From a virus, in the IMG/VR virus record IMGVR_UViG_3300012985_000003: a stretch of DNA of 54,437 bases; one strand, 5' to 3'. The notes beneath the pieces were generated by a model that worked only from the letters and a program-made list of their open reading frames with translations, made no database searches and was not told the origin of the DNA. Shown here one piece after another: positions 20,688 through 29,788 of this stretch (position 1 is the first letter of the stretch; each line of letters starts with the position of its first letter). The position numbers and the translations under genes are program-made.

Positions 20688-21182
20688 GTGCGTCTGCACC
20701 GGCAGCTGTATCGCGCGAGCGTGTGGCATCCTTCCTCCCTGAAGGATGTCCAGTCGGAGTACCGAGTACTCGAGCGGTTCTGGCTGCCGGTGTATGACCT
20801 CATCGCCATGTCTGCGGGCATCACCGCGATCGCGTTTGGGTCGCGGATCCTCGACCGGATCTTCGGTGATGTCACCGACGTTCTAGGCCTCCTCCTGATC
20901 TTCATCGCAGCCGCATGCCTCGTCAGCGTCAGCTTCGAGCAGTTGTGGAAGCTGGAGATCGCCGCCAAGACCGCCCTCATCGGGCTCATCGTCAGCTACA
21001 TGTGCTCCATCCTCCTGTTTCCCTCGCCCGAGCAGCTCGCCTCTCGAGAAGCCCCGAACTGGTTCGTTGTCTCTATGCTGGCTTTTGGACTACCACTAGC
21101 GCTCTCCCGCATCGATATCCTGCTCCGGCGGGACTTCAAGCGGAAGGTCCAAGAGAGAGTGAACCAGCTGAGAAATGAGTGA
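20688..21182 (+). CDS. Membrane protein with four predicted TM helices (holin candidate)
   Basis: GTG lies 1 nt after the endolysin stop. Four hydrophobic stretches are present (ITAIAFG, LGLLLIFIAAACLV, ALIGLIVSYMCSILLF, FVVSMLAFGLPLAL). Confidence 0.6.
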   Translation: MRLHRQLYRASVWHPSSLKDVQSEYRVLERFWLPVYDLIAMSAGITAIAFGSRILDRIFGDVTDVLGLLLIFIAAACLVSVSFEQLWKLEIAAKTALIGLIVSYMCSILLFPSPEQLASREAPNWFVVSMLAFGLPLALSRIDILLRRDFKRKVQERVNQLRNE

Positions 21183-21588
21183 GGGTGTCATCGTCGCGCT
21201 CATCGGACTCGCCACCGCCGCTGGAGGCGGACTGTGGGTGTGGCTCCGATCGCGCAAGAAGGACAATGTCGAGGCGGAGGCCCAGCGCCAGGTGGCGCTC
21301 TCGGAGAGATTCGAGGACGCGAACGAGCTCGCGAAGTACATCGCGGAGCAGATCGAGAAGGCTGTGAAGCCGATTCGAGACGAGCTCGAGAAGCTCAAGA
21401 AGGAGCAGGATGAGACCCACGAGGCTCTCCGCGCGTTCTTCACGCAGCTGTGGCTGTGGGACATTCGCGGTAGACTGGGACCCATTCCGCCGCTCCCGAC
21501 ACCTCTCCTGAAGAAACTCGGGCTCGCCCACCTCGTCGACTACCCCGCCAAGACATCCACCGGACCCATCGAAAGGAAGACATCATGA
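21175..21588 (+). CDS. N-terminally anchored coiled-coil membrane protein (lysis accessory candidate)
   Basis: ATGAGTGA overlap with the upstream gene. It has one TM (VIVALIGLATAAGGGLWVWL) followed by charged helical sequence. Confidence 0.6.
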   Translation: MSEGVIVALIGLATAAGGGLWVWLRSRKKDNVEAEAQRQVALSERFEDANELAKYIAEQIEKAVKPIRDELEKLKKEQDETHEALRAFFTQLWLWDIRGRLGPIPPLPTPLLKKLGLAHLVDYPAKTSTGPIERKTS

Positions 21589-21836
21589 CCAACATCCCCC
21601 TCACTCGCAGCGAGGTCGCCGAGATCGTCGACAACACCAAGACCACCGCCGCCAAGGCGTGGGTCGCCGGTGCGATCGGTATCGGTGTCGCGTTCCTCAG
21701 CGGCCTGACCGTCGCCCTGACCGGCGACAACGTGATCACTCCCGTTGAGTGGACGGTGATCGGCACGGGCACGCTCGTGGCGGCCGGCACACTCTTCGGC
21801 GGAGTGTACGCCACTCCCAACCGCGCGAAGTTCTGA
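21585..21836 (+). CDS. Small two-TM membrane protein (holin-like)
   Basis: 83 aa, ATGA overlap, hydrophobic segments AWVAGAIGIGVAFLSGLTVAL and TVIGTGTLVAAGTLFGGV. Confidence 0.6.
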   Translation: MTNIPLTRSEVAEIVDNTKTTAAKAWVAGAIGIGVAFLSGLTVALTGDNVITPVEWTVIGTGTLVAAGTLFGGVYATPNRAKF

Positions 21837-21852
21837 CGCGGCACGCTAGAAT
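21825..21852 (+). promoter_or_regulatory. Promoter-like motif GCGAAG-N16-TAGAAT
   Basis: It shares its architecture with the sites at 27197 and 51491 and lies 25 nt upstream of GTG 21877. Confidence 0.4.
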
Positions 21853-21876
21853 TAGACTGTAGATCAGGAGGCAACC

Positions 21877-22977
21877 GTGGCACTCAACAAGTGGCAGCGG
21901 GACTACGAGGCCCGCCGCGCGGCACAACGAGCTGCGGGGACGAGCACCGGTCAGCCTCCTGCCGGCGAAGGAGGTGGCGGGTCTCGGTCTCGCCCGGGCG
22001 GTGGAGGCTTCGACGCTCCCAACGCCCGGGTGAGCTCGCCCGGCTCCCCTCGCGACGCGGGCTACGTCCGCTCCGGGCAGAAGCAGCCCACGCAGACAGA
22101 CCCTCGTCGCGTCGTCCCGCTCGGCTCCAGCAGGCAGGACGCCGCCAAGGCAGCCGCCGACTCGCGACCCCCGAAGGAGCGCGACGCCGAGGAGCAGCGG
22201 GGCGTCGCTCGACAGTCCATCAGCCGGGCGCTCGCGGGTGGGCGGGCCAACTCGGTCTATGTCCCCAAGGAGCTCTCGTGGGAGCAGTACGACGCACTCA
22301 GCCCGCAGCAGCGCGCGGCCGTCGACGCGAACACCGCGATCAGCGGCGCCGTGAAGGCAGACGTCGCCAAGGGCGAGACGACGAGCGACGCTGAGTACGA
22401 CGGTCGCATCAAGAAGCTCTTCGGCAGCGGCCCCGGCGCGGGCGGCTCGGTCGTGGCCCCGGAGACGGTGAGCGTCCTGGAGCAGCTCGGCATCAAGAGC
22501 AAGTACGGCGACCTCGACAACTACCTCAACGGCCAGGCCCTCGCGACCGAGGCTGACCTGGCGACCATCGGTGGCGGCAACCGTCTCGGGACCCGAGCTG
22601 CCGCGATGGACGACTACGGCAAGGCGACCCTCTCCGCCGTCCCGAAGGCGCTCGAGGCCGGGCAGAGCCTCCTCGACCGCGCGCGGGGAGCGACCCCCTC
22701 GGCGGCGTACAACCCGGCGAGCGAGGAGAGCCAGGCCCTCTCGCAGCTCTACGACTTCCTCGGTCGCAACGACCTGGCGGAGCCAGTCACCGACGCCGAG
22801 CTCGGCACCTGGCTGCAGGGACTCTCCAGCGAGTTCCCCGGCCTCGACACCAACACGATCTACAACTACTTCGACACTCGGCTGAAGCAGGCTGACTACG
22901 CGGCGACGGGCATCGGCTCCGGCGACGCGAGCTACATGAGCAGCGCCGAGTTCCGCCAGCGATACTTCGGAGGCTGA
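21877..22977 (+). CDS. Hypothetical virion/internal protein
   Basis: 366 aa, GTG after CAGGAGG, with a disordered G/R/P-rich N-terminus. Confidence 0.75.
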   Translation: MALNKWQRDYEARRAAQRAAGTSTGQPPAGEGGGGSRSRPGGGGFDAPNARVSSPGSPRDAGYVRSGQKQPTQTDPRRVVPLGSSRQDAAKAAADSRPPKERDAEEQRGVARQSISRALAGGRANSVYVPKELSWEQYDALSPQQRAAVDANTAISGAVKADVAKGETTSDAEYDGRIKKLFGSGPGAGGSVVAPETVSVLEQLGIKSKYGDLDNYLNGQALATEADLATIGGGNRLGTRAAAMDDYGKATLSAVPKALEAGQSLLDRARGATPSAAYNPASEESQALSQLYDFLGRNDLAEPVTDAELGTWLQGLSSEFPGLDTNTIYNYFDTRLKQADYAATGIGSGDASYMSSAEFRQRYFGG

Positions 22978-22978
22978 C

Positions 22979-23977
22979 ATGGCGCTCACAGCAGTCGGTG
23001 ACTGGGCGAAGGCCCCGGCCAAGGCCAAGCGAGCAAACTCGGTGATCACCGCCGTCTACACCCCCGTCGCCCCCAGCGGGTCGCGACCGTTCGTCGCCCC
23101 GGCGCCGGGGGCAACGACGCCGTCGGGGCCGACGCCGGAGCAGATCGCCCAGAACGCCGCAAACGCTGCGGCAGCTCGGGCGAACGCGGAGGGCAAGAGC
23201 CGCTCGCGAGCTGCCAACCAGGCAACGAGGGACCTCGCGGAGGGGCAGTACAAGCTGCTCGGCTCGTTCGCTGCAGCGCGCGACGCCAAGCTCGGCAACA
23301 TCGAGCGGGCGTTCTCCGACGCTGACTCGACGCTGCTCGCGAACTACAGCCTCAACCTGAAGAACCTCCTCACCAGCGCGAGCGACAACGACAAGAGCGA
23401 GGCCGACACGAGCTCGGCCAACGTCCGCAACGCCGTCCGCGAGCGCAGCGACCTGCTGGAGCAGGCGGCCCTGCAGGGCGCCGGCGAGACGGACCTGCTC
23501 CGAACGCAGATGCAGGCGTTCCGCAACTTCGACGCGAACCAGAGCGAGAACGCTCGCAGCTACTTCGACACGGTGCGCTCGATCAACTCGGCCATCAGTG
23601 GAATGAACACCGACGTGTCCACCAGTCGCTCCAACCTCTTCAACCAGAAGGAGAGCGACCGGGAGAGCGCGTTCCAGAACTACTACAACCAGACAGCCGA
23701 CACCTGGACCCAGATCCAGAACATCGAGAACAGCAACACGAACGTCGACAGCGAGTCCAGCGAGAAGTACAACAAGCTGTACGGCAACGCCGCCGACGAG
23801 GCTGCGAAGGCCGCCGCCGGCGCGTACACCCGCCAGGGCCTCCCGGCTGGCTGGACCGAGTGGGAGGGTAAGGGCAAGGAGCAGGAGAAGGCCCTCACCA
23901 CCAGCAACAAGGCTGCGGTGGTGAACCTCGGCGCCCCGCCCAAGAAGGCCGAGGGCGCAACCCTGAGGAAGTGGTGA
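22979..23977 (+). CDS. Hypothetical protein, N/S/Q/A-rich helical (scaffold- or internal-protein-like)
   Basis: 332-aa ORF starting 1 nt after the previous stop. Confidence 0.7.
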   Translation: MALTAVGDWAKAPAKAKRANSVITAVYTPVAPSGSRPFVAPAPGATTPSGPTPEQIAQNAANAAAARANAEGKSRSRAANQATRDLAEGQYKLLGSFAAARDAKLGNIERAFSDADSTLLANYSLNLKNLLTSASDNDKSEADTSSANVRNAVRERSDLLEQAALQGAGETDLLRTQMQAFRNFDANQSENARSYFDTVRSINSAISGMNTDVSTSRSNLFNQKESDRESAFQNYYNQTADTWTQIQNIENSNTNVDSESSEKYNKLYGNAADEAAKAAAGAYTRQGLPAGWTEWEGKGKEQEKALTTSNKAAVVNLGAPPKKAEGATLRKW

Positions 23978-24741
23978 TGGTCAACAACAACGTCGCACTC
24001 TCGCTCGATGACGCGGTCGCGGAGGTCAACGCGATCCTCACCGGGCTCGACCTGCAGTACACGCCGCAGAGCGACCGGTACATCGTCCTCGCGCGGACGA
24101 TCAACCGCGCGCTGCGCCTCACTGCCCTCGAGAACGAGTGGAGCTACTACTCCGACCGGGAGGAGGTCGGCACCGTCCGCACGGGCGACCAGGAGTTCGA
24201 GCTCGTCGGCTCGCTCCGCACGCGCCTGATGAACGACGACGCCGTCACTCTCTGTGACGACTACGGCCAGGCGCGGCTCTGGGCGTACTTCCTGCCCCGC
24301 GAGAGCCTGAGTAAGTACGCTACGACGCCGGAGCTGCGAGTCGCCGTCACCCGGCAGACGATCCGCTTCTCTCGTCCGCTCAACGCCAGCCTGCAGGGAC
24401 TGCACGTCATGGTGCCGGTGATGCGCGAGCCGCGCCAGTTCGCGCTGCCGGCCCTCGGCCAGCCGATCACCGAGGACCAGCGTCAGCAGAAGCTCGACTT
24501 CGACTACCCCGACCTGATCACGGCCCGCGCGGCGTACATCTACGCCCAGACGGACCCGATCACGCAGCCCCGAGCGATGGTGCTGGAAGACCAGTGGAAG
24601 AACATCATGTACGCCCTGAGCGAGCGTGACACGCGCCACACCGACCTGCCGTACCTGAACGACATCGTCCTCCCGCTGGAGGGGCTGGACGGCCCGGCCA
24701 GCGGCGGGCACGGCCACCCGCACTCCGAGTATCGGTGGTGA
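23977..24741 (+). CDS. Tail adaptor / tail tubular protein A-like (putative)
   Basis: About 255 aa. The start could be ATG 23977, or GTG 23971 or 23974. It sits directly upstream of a 792-aa nozzle-like gene, as in T7 gp11/gp12. Confidence 0.5.
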   Translation: MVNNNVALSLDDAVAEVNAILTGLDLQYTPQSDRYIVLARTINRALRLTALENEWSYYSDREEVGTVRTGDQEFELVGSLRTRLMNDDAVTLCDDYGQARLWAYFLPRESLSKYATTPELRVAVTRQTIRFSRPLNASLQGLHVMVPVMREPRQFALPALGQPITEDQRQQKLDFDYPDLITARAAYIYAQTDPITQPRAMVLEDQWKNIMYALSERDTRHTDLPYLNDIVLPLEGLDGPASGGHGHPHSEYRW

Positions 24742-24744
24742 CGC

Positions 24745-27123
24745 GTGGTTGGACCTAAGAAGGATCCGCATCAGCCAGATCGGCCGCTGTCCAAGGCGTA
24801 CCTCAGAGAATTCTCCGGGTGGAGCACCGCCAACCCGCCGGGCGTCAGCGAGCCCACGAGCCTCCGCATCATGGAGAACGTGCAGATCACTCGCGGCGGC
24901 GCCGTGCGCATCCGCCCGGCGATCCGCTCCGTCCTGACAGCAAACACCTGGCTGGACAGCAACTACTCGTCCACGATGGTCGGTGGCTTCGAGCACTTCT
25001 TCATGAACGACGGTCGCAAGGCGCTGCTGTTCGCCGCCCGACAGAGCACGGGAGTCGTCGGCTTCAAGGTGGCCGTGTACAACTCGGTGACCGAGCGCTT
25101 CGACATCAAGAGTCTCTCGGAGGCGGGGTTCACGATCCCCCAGGGCGAGGGCACGCTGAGCTTCTCTTCGGCGACGACGTTCGTGAAGTACCTCCAGATC
25201 GACAACAAGGTCTTCGCGCTCTCCGACGGCGGCGAGGACCTCCGTCTCTTCGACGTGGGCGTCGGGAAGACGGCGAAGAAGGTCGTGCAGATCACCGTGC
25301 CGGCCTGGGCGCCGGCGGACGCGCTAAGCGTCGTCCACCCCGACGCCGCGTGGATCAACAACGCGACGAAGAACACGATCCCCACTGCGGAGACGCCGAC
25401 GCTGGGGACTCTCGTCAGCAGCCAGGCTGCCGACAACGACTACACGTACGGCTACTTCTACACGTTCGAGAACGAGATCGGCGAGAGCGCCGCGAGCCAG
25501 ATCACGATGATCCAGGCCCAGCGCGGCTGGAGCCAGTGGAAGTTCCGCGTCCCGGACGCGAGCGGCAACGAGACGACGACGGCAGTCACCGACCCGAAGA
25601 TGGCGATGGACCAGCTCGTCGCGATCCTGCCCGCAGCTGTCTTCACGCAGGCGATCGCCGAGGGCGCGAAGAAGTGGAACCTCTACCAGTTCACCTGGAG
25701 CGACCAGGACGTCGTGCCGAGCGAGGCGATCATCGTCGGGAGCCGAACGCTGACCTCGAGCTCGACTCGCGCGGTGGACGGCTGGATCCAGAACACGGCG
25801 GCGATCGACCTGGGCAGCGCGACGGCGCCGCTCCCGACTCTCGAGAACCGCGTCAACTACAGCGACCCGAGCTCCGCGAGCCAGGGCCTCGTCGCGGGCG
25901 ACCGCCTCATCCTCGTGAACGACCGGGAGAACCTGGCTCGCATCATGTGGAGCAGCAACCTCGCCGGCGACTTCACCAACTTCACCCCGAGCAAGGGCGG
26001 CGGAGTCAAGACGCTCACCAGCGGAAACCTGCTGGTGCCGGTGGCCGTGAAGCTCTGGCAGAACCCGCAGTCCGTCGACACCATCACGATCCTGTGCTCC
26101 GGCGTCGACGGCTACTCGACGAGCTACTACATGGCTCCCGCGTCCGTCAGCGGGCAGAGCGGGTCGACTGCGATCATGGGGTTCGAGGAGACGACCGCCA
26201 CGCCGGGGACAGTGAGCCCGTACGGCGTCGAGGTCTTCAACAACACCATGATCCACCCGCTCGACACCGAGCTCATGAAGAGCACGGCGAGCAACTACAA
26301 CATCAACCACTCGACCCTGACCGACGACATCGCGAACAAGTGGCTGGCACTCCGCACCAAGGAGAACATCGTCAGCAGCCAGCACGCCAACCGCCTGTAC
26401 TACCTCGTGAACAACCCGGACGGCGAGGAGCTCCTGCCGAACTGTAACGGCAACGAGGTGTGGGTCTACGACGGCGCGAAGGACCAGGGCTCGTGGAGCC
26501 GGTGGCTCGTGCAGGGCATCGCGCTCTCCAAGCTCGAGGTCGGCGGCAAGCTCTACATGAGCATCAGTCGCCCCGAGGGCATCTTCGTCTTCGACGACCA
26601 GCGCCTCACCGACGAGTACTCGGCGAGCGGCGGGACGATCCAGCGCGCGATCCCGTGGCAGATCGAGACCAACACCCAGGGTGCGAACCGGGCGCACGAC
26701 GCGTGGGCCCGGCTGCAGCAGGTGAACCTCACGTTCGGGAACTGGCGCGGCGCCCTGGAGTACGGGATCCGGGGCATGGACCCGTACGGCCAGCTGATCG
26801 AGGTCAAGAAGACCTATCGCCGGCCGATCGAGAACGACCTGGGGGACCGGCCACTCCCGTTCGACATCGAGGACTTTCTCCAGATCGGGCGGGATCTCAA
26901 GGAGTGGTTCTTCTGGGCGCGCTCCGTCACGGAGAACGATACCGTCGCGACCAGCTACGGCCAGATCAACCTCCTCCAGTACCGCTACCTGCCGGTCACG
27001 GTCAACGTCGGCTACGCGTACGGGTCGGTCGAGACCTTCGAGTACGGCCAGAGCTCGCTCGGCCTCGCCAGCAACACCGACAACGGTGTCCCCTCGCCAT
27101 TCATCGATACAGGAAGGCCCTAG
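24745..27123 (+). CDS. Tail tubular protein B / nozzle-like protein (putative)
   Basis: 792 aa, close to T7 gp12 size. The N-terminal MENVQITRGGAVRIRP pattern resembles nozzle N-termini. Confidence 0.55.
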   Translation: MVGPKKDPHQPDRPLSKAYLREFSGWSTANPPGVSEPTSLRIMENVQITRGGAVRIRPAIRSVLTANTWLDSNYSSTMVGGFEHFFMNDGRKALLFAARQSTGVVGFKVAVYNSVTERFDIKSLSEAGFTIPQGEGTLSFSSATTFVKYLQIDNKVFALSDGGEDLRLFDVGVGKTAKKVVQITVPAWAPADALSVVHPDAAWINNATKNTIPTAETPTLGTLVSSQAADNDYTYGYFYTFENEIGESAASQITMIQAQRGWSQWKFRVPDASGNETTTAVTDPKMAMDQLVAILPAAVFTQAIAEGAKKWNLYQFTWSDQDVVPSEAIIVGSRTLTSSSTRAVDGWIQNTAAIDLGSATAPLPTLENRVNYSDPSSASQGLVAGDRLILVNDRENLARIMWSSNLAGDFTNFTPSKGGGVKTLTSGNLLVPVAVKLWQNPQSVDTITILCSGVDGYSTSYYMAPASVSGQSGSTAIMGFEETTATPGTVSPYGVEVFNNTMIHPLDTELMKSTASNYNINHSTLTDDIANKWLALRTKENIVSSQHANRLYYLVNNPDGEELLPNCNGNEVWVYDGAKDQGSWSRWLVQGIALSKLEVGGKLYMSISRPEGIFVFDDQRLTDEYSASGGTIQRAIPWQIETNTQGANRAHDAWARLQQVNLTFGNWRGALEYGIRGMDPYGQLIEVKKTYRRPIENDLGDRPLPFDIEDFLQIGRDLKEWFFWARSVTENDTVATSYGQINLLQYRYLPVTVNVGYAYGSVETFEYGQSSLGLASNTDNGVPSPFIDTGRP

Positions 27124-27124
27124 C

Positions 27125-27196
27125 GTGGAGCTCGTCAACACCATCTGCCTCATCGTGATCGCGATCTGCTCGATCATCGTCGTCGCACGCCGCTGA
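27125..27196 (+). CDS. Tiny hydrophobic peptide ORF (23 aa, VELVNTICLIVIAICSIIVVARR)
   Basis: GTG lies 1 nt after the nozzle stop. Third positions are almost all G/C. It is below the track cutoff. Confidence 0.45.
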   Translation: MELVNTICLIVIAICSIIVVARR

Positions 27197-27223
27197 GCGA
27201 AACCTCCGCAGGTAGGCTATAAT
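27197..27223 (+). promoter_or_regulatory. Promoter-like motif GCGAAA-N15-TATAAT
   Basis: An exact TATAAT in a GC-rich genome, with the same upstream GCGAAACC as the site at 51491. It is bracketed by a 12-bp inverted repeat. Confidence 0.45.
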
Positions 27224-27238
27224 CCTGTTTAGGAAGAA

Positions 27239-28048
27239 TTGCCTACCTACGGAGGATCAGTGTCCCAAGCAGAGAAGGCTGCGCTCTACCACGAGCTGCA
27301 GGATGCGGGGGTCGAGTTCAATCGACACTACCGCGACTACACGGAGGCGGAGCTGCGGGACATGGTGACCCAGATCCGCACCGGCGACCCGGAGATCGTT
27401 CAGACCTGGGCGCCCGAGGCCAACCCCGTCGACATCACCGCGCTGCTGGAGCAGAACGCCCGGCTCGCGGCTGCGCTCGAAGCCACTCGCACCGGTCAGC
27501 CCGTCGTCCCGAAGACGGACAAGGAGCAGCCCGCGACCGGCGGCCCGATCATCGACCGGGATCAGCACGCCGGCATGCGCCTCAACACCAAGGGCGAAGA
27601 CGAGCCGATCCGCACCGACGAGAACGGCATCATCTGGTACCAGGACGAGATCGTCAAGAGCGCGTTCCCGAAGCCCCGCGCCCGGCGCGTCCTGGACTAC
27701 ACGGAGACCGGCAGCAAGACGGTGTCCGTCCGCAACGGCGAGTACACCGAGAGCTTCGAGATGCCAGGCGAGGAGCGCCGCGCGGCGCAGGTGAAGATCA
27801 CCCTGCCGCCGAGCCAGGTCGGCATCTATCGCGACCCGAACCTGCCCTTCCGGATCCACACGTACCAGGGCACCCGCGTCTACGATCTCTTCGAGGTCGA
27901 GAACTACTACGGCGGGGCGGACCTCGTCCCCGCCGGCGTCAAGCGCAGCTACGCCGGTACGGCGCTCGGCTACGACATCAGCACGGTGAACCGTGAAATC
28001 GAGTCCGAGGCACGACGCCTCGGCGTACTGGGAGGAATGACCCGATGA
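27239..28048 (+). CDS. Hypothetical protein (269 aa)
   Basis: The track ORF starts at TTG 27239. An alternative GTG at 27260 follows GGAGGA. Confidence 0.75.
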   Translation: MPTYGGSVSQAEKAALYHELQDAGVEFNRHYRDYTEAELRDMVTQIRTGDPEIVQTWAPEANPVDITALLEQNARLAAALEATRTGQPVVPKTDKEQPATGGPIIDRDQHAGMRLNTKGEDEPIRTDENGIIWYQDEIVKSAFPKPRARRVLDYTETGSKTVSVRNGEYTESFEMPGEERRAAQVKITLPPSQVGIYRDPNLPFRIHTYQGTRVYDLFEVENYYGGADLVPAGVKRSYAGTALGYDISTVNREIESEARRLGVLGGMTR

Positions 28049-28620
28049 CCGAAGAGCAGCTGACCGAGCAGGACATCGCCGACCTGGAGGCTCTCCACTC
28101 GGAGTCGTCCGGCGTGACGCACACCATCATCGAGATCTGGCAGGCGAACCTCGAGCCCGCCGACCAGATCCTCGCGGAGGAGTTCATCACGCCCGGCTTC
28201 GCGAACAAGATCGTGTCGACGTGGCCGAAGCTCTCCGTCCAGGACGTGAAGGCGTACCACACGCTGTTCCACCAGCGCGTGATCCGGCTCCGCTCGATCT
28301 TCGACGAGGCTCTCGAGAAGTACCGGGCCGAGACCCCCGACGCGCTGGAGCGAGTCGAGGACGACGCCACGTACAACCGTGACTTCTACATCGAGATCCT
28401 CACGCTCTGGCAGGAGGAGATGCAGCGCTGGGAGTACCGCGACTTCGACGTGACGAGCCCCGACGCTCACATCGACATCGCGGTCATCGCCGAGGTCAAG
28501 AGCTTCTTCCTCGGCGAGATGGGTCTGGCGCAGCACCTCCAGACCGTGGGCTTCTCCTACGACGAAGAGGCCCAGGCCCGGATCGGCGCCCGGCTGCAGG
28601 CGAACCTGGAGGAGCTGTGA
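28045..28620 (+). CDS. Hypothetical acidic protein (191 aa)
   Basis: ATGA overlap with the upstream gene, with natural-looking helical sequence. Confidence 0.75.
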   Translation: MTEEQLTEQDIADLEALHSESSGVTHTIIEIWQANLEPADQILAEEFITPGFANKIVSTWPKLSVQDVKAYHTLFHQRVIRLRSIFDEALEKYRAETPDALERVEDDATYNRDFYIEILTLWQEEMQRWEYRDFDVTSPDAHIDIAVIAEVKSFFLGEMGLAQHLQTVGFSYDEEAQARIGARLQANLEEL

Positions 28621-29669
28621 GCGATGGGAACACCGAGGTTGAGGTCGTCGAGCTCCCGACTTCGCCTGAGGCAGCGTTTGCGGGACTCATGGACGCTCTG
28701 GCACCTGAGACGGATAACCCGTCTCCGGCAGAGGGCGGCGCAGAGGCTCCTGCTCCTGCAGCTGGAGACGGATCACCAGCTGCTCCGGCTGAAGGAGCTG
28801 GAGCAGCTGGAGCAGCTGCACCAGCACCGAATCCAGGAGACGCAGGTAAGCCGGCAGTACCGGGAGCACCCGGAGCTGACGGTGCCCAAGCCGGAGGTGA
28901 GCAGCCCGGGGAACCTGCTGGAGCTCCTGGGCCCGCAACCCCCGCTCCGGTAGTCGACTGGGGTGCCGTCTCCGCTGGCATCAACGAGACCATCCGTAAG
29001 CAGACCGAGACGGAGGCGATCGAGGCGGTCCGAACCGAGTTCGGCAACTACATCGAGGCCGTCCAGAAGCCGCCCGTCGTCCTGAAGGGGACGAAGGTCC
29101 CGGGGCTCGACTCGACGCCCAAGGACCGGCTCGACGCAGACGGCATGATGCTCCTCCGCGACACGGAAGAGGCGGCCGAGTGGCAGGAGCACGTCAAGTA
29201 CGAGCTCAACCGCGAGATCGGCGACCGCGCCGCGCGTCTCAGCGACGAGCGTCGCGACGACGTGGAGCGGCTCCACTCGGCGGCCGACCTCTTCCAGGCG
29301 AACCCCGAGCTCCTGAGCGACAAGGCGCTGGCGGACGGCTTCATGGAGAGCGCGAAGCACCTCCTGAAGAAGAACGCCGACGGCAAGCCGATCGGCTTCA
29401 TCGTTCCCACCGAGAACCTGCAGGCGATCGTGGACTCGGTGAAGTCCCGCCTCGCGCCCGCTGCCCCGGCGGCTGCTGCCCCGGCGGCGGCCTCCAGCCC
29501 GCAGCAGCAGCGCGCCACGGAGCAGCCCCGCAACCCGCAGGGACAGTTCCAGAACGAGCAGCCGCAGCCCGGGCTCACCAGCCAGGCGGGGAGCTCCGGA
29601 GACGCGGCGAACGACTTCGACGCGCTGTTTGGCACGCTGGGGTTCCAGCCCGGAACGATCAGGATCTGA
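28617..29669 (+). CDS. Scaffold-like protein with a P/A/G-rich N-terminal region
   Basis: GTGA overlap. The frame is continuous for 350 aa. The C-terminal two thirds have normal codon usage, but 28701-28950 has aberrant GC3 (see findings). Confidence 0.6.
   Translation: MSDGNTEVEVVELPTSPEAAFAGLMDALAPETDNPSPAEGGAEAPAPAAGDGSPAAPAEGAGAAGAAAPAPNPGDAGKPAVPGAPGADGAQAGGEQPGEPAGAPGPATPAPVVDWGAVSAGINETIRKQTETEAIEAVRTEFGNYIEAVQKPPVVLKGTKVPGLDSTPKDRLDADGMMLLRDTEEAAEWQEHVKYELNREIGDRAARLSDERRDDVERLHSAADLFQANPELLSDKALADGFMESAKHLLKKNADGKPIGFIVPTENLQAIVDSVKSRLAPAAPAAAAPAAASSPQQQRATEQPRNPQGQFQNEQPQPGLTSQAGSSGDAANDFDALFGTLGFQPGTIRI
28624..28953 (+). CDS. Alternative-frame ORF (109 aa) embedded in the scaffold-like gene; status uncertain
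   Basis: This frame, not the 28617 frame, has genome-typical GC3 across 28740-28950. It encodes a Leu/Glu/Gln heptad-like stretch LLRLKELEQLEQLHQH. Confidence 0.3.
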   Translation: MGTPRLRSSSSRLRLRQRLRDSWTLWHLRRITRLRQRAAQRLLLLQLETDHQLLRLKELEQLEQLHQHRIQETQVSRQYREHPELTVPKPEVSSPGNLLELLGPQPPLR

Positions 29670-29671
29670 CC

Positions 29672-29788
29672 ATGTGGAAGACAGCCGGGGCGGTGATCGC
29701 GACAGTGTTCCTGCTCGCCGCCCTGGCTCTCGCCCTCATGCCGCTGTGGATGGTCATCTTCGTCGGCGAGGGCAAGAGCCAGTGGTGA
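29672..29788 (+). CDS. Small membrane protein (38 aa)
   Basis: MWKTAGAVIATVFLLAALALALMPLWMVIFVGEGKSQW, with high GC3 and a stop overlapping the terminase GTG. Confidence 0.55.
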   Translation: MWKTAGAVIATVFLLAALALALMPLWMVIFVGEGKSQW

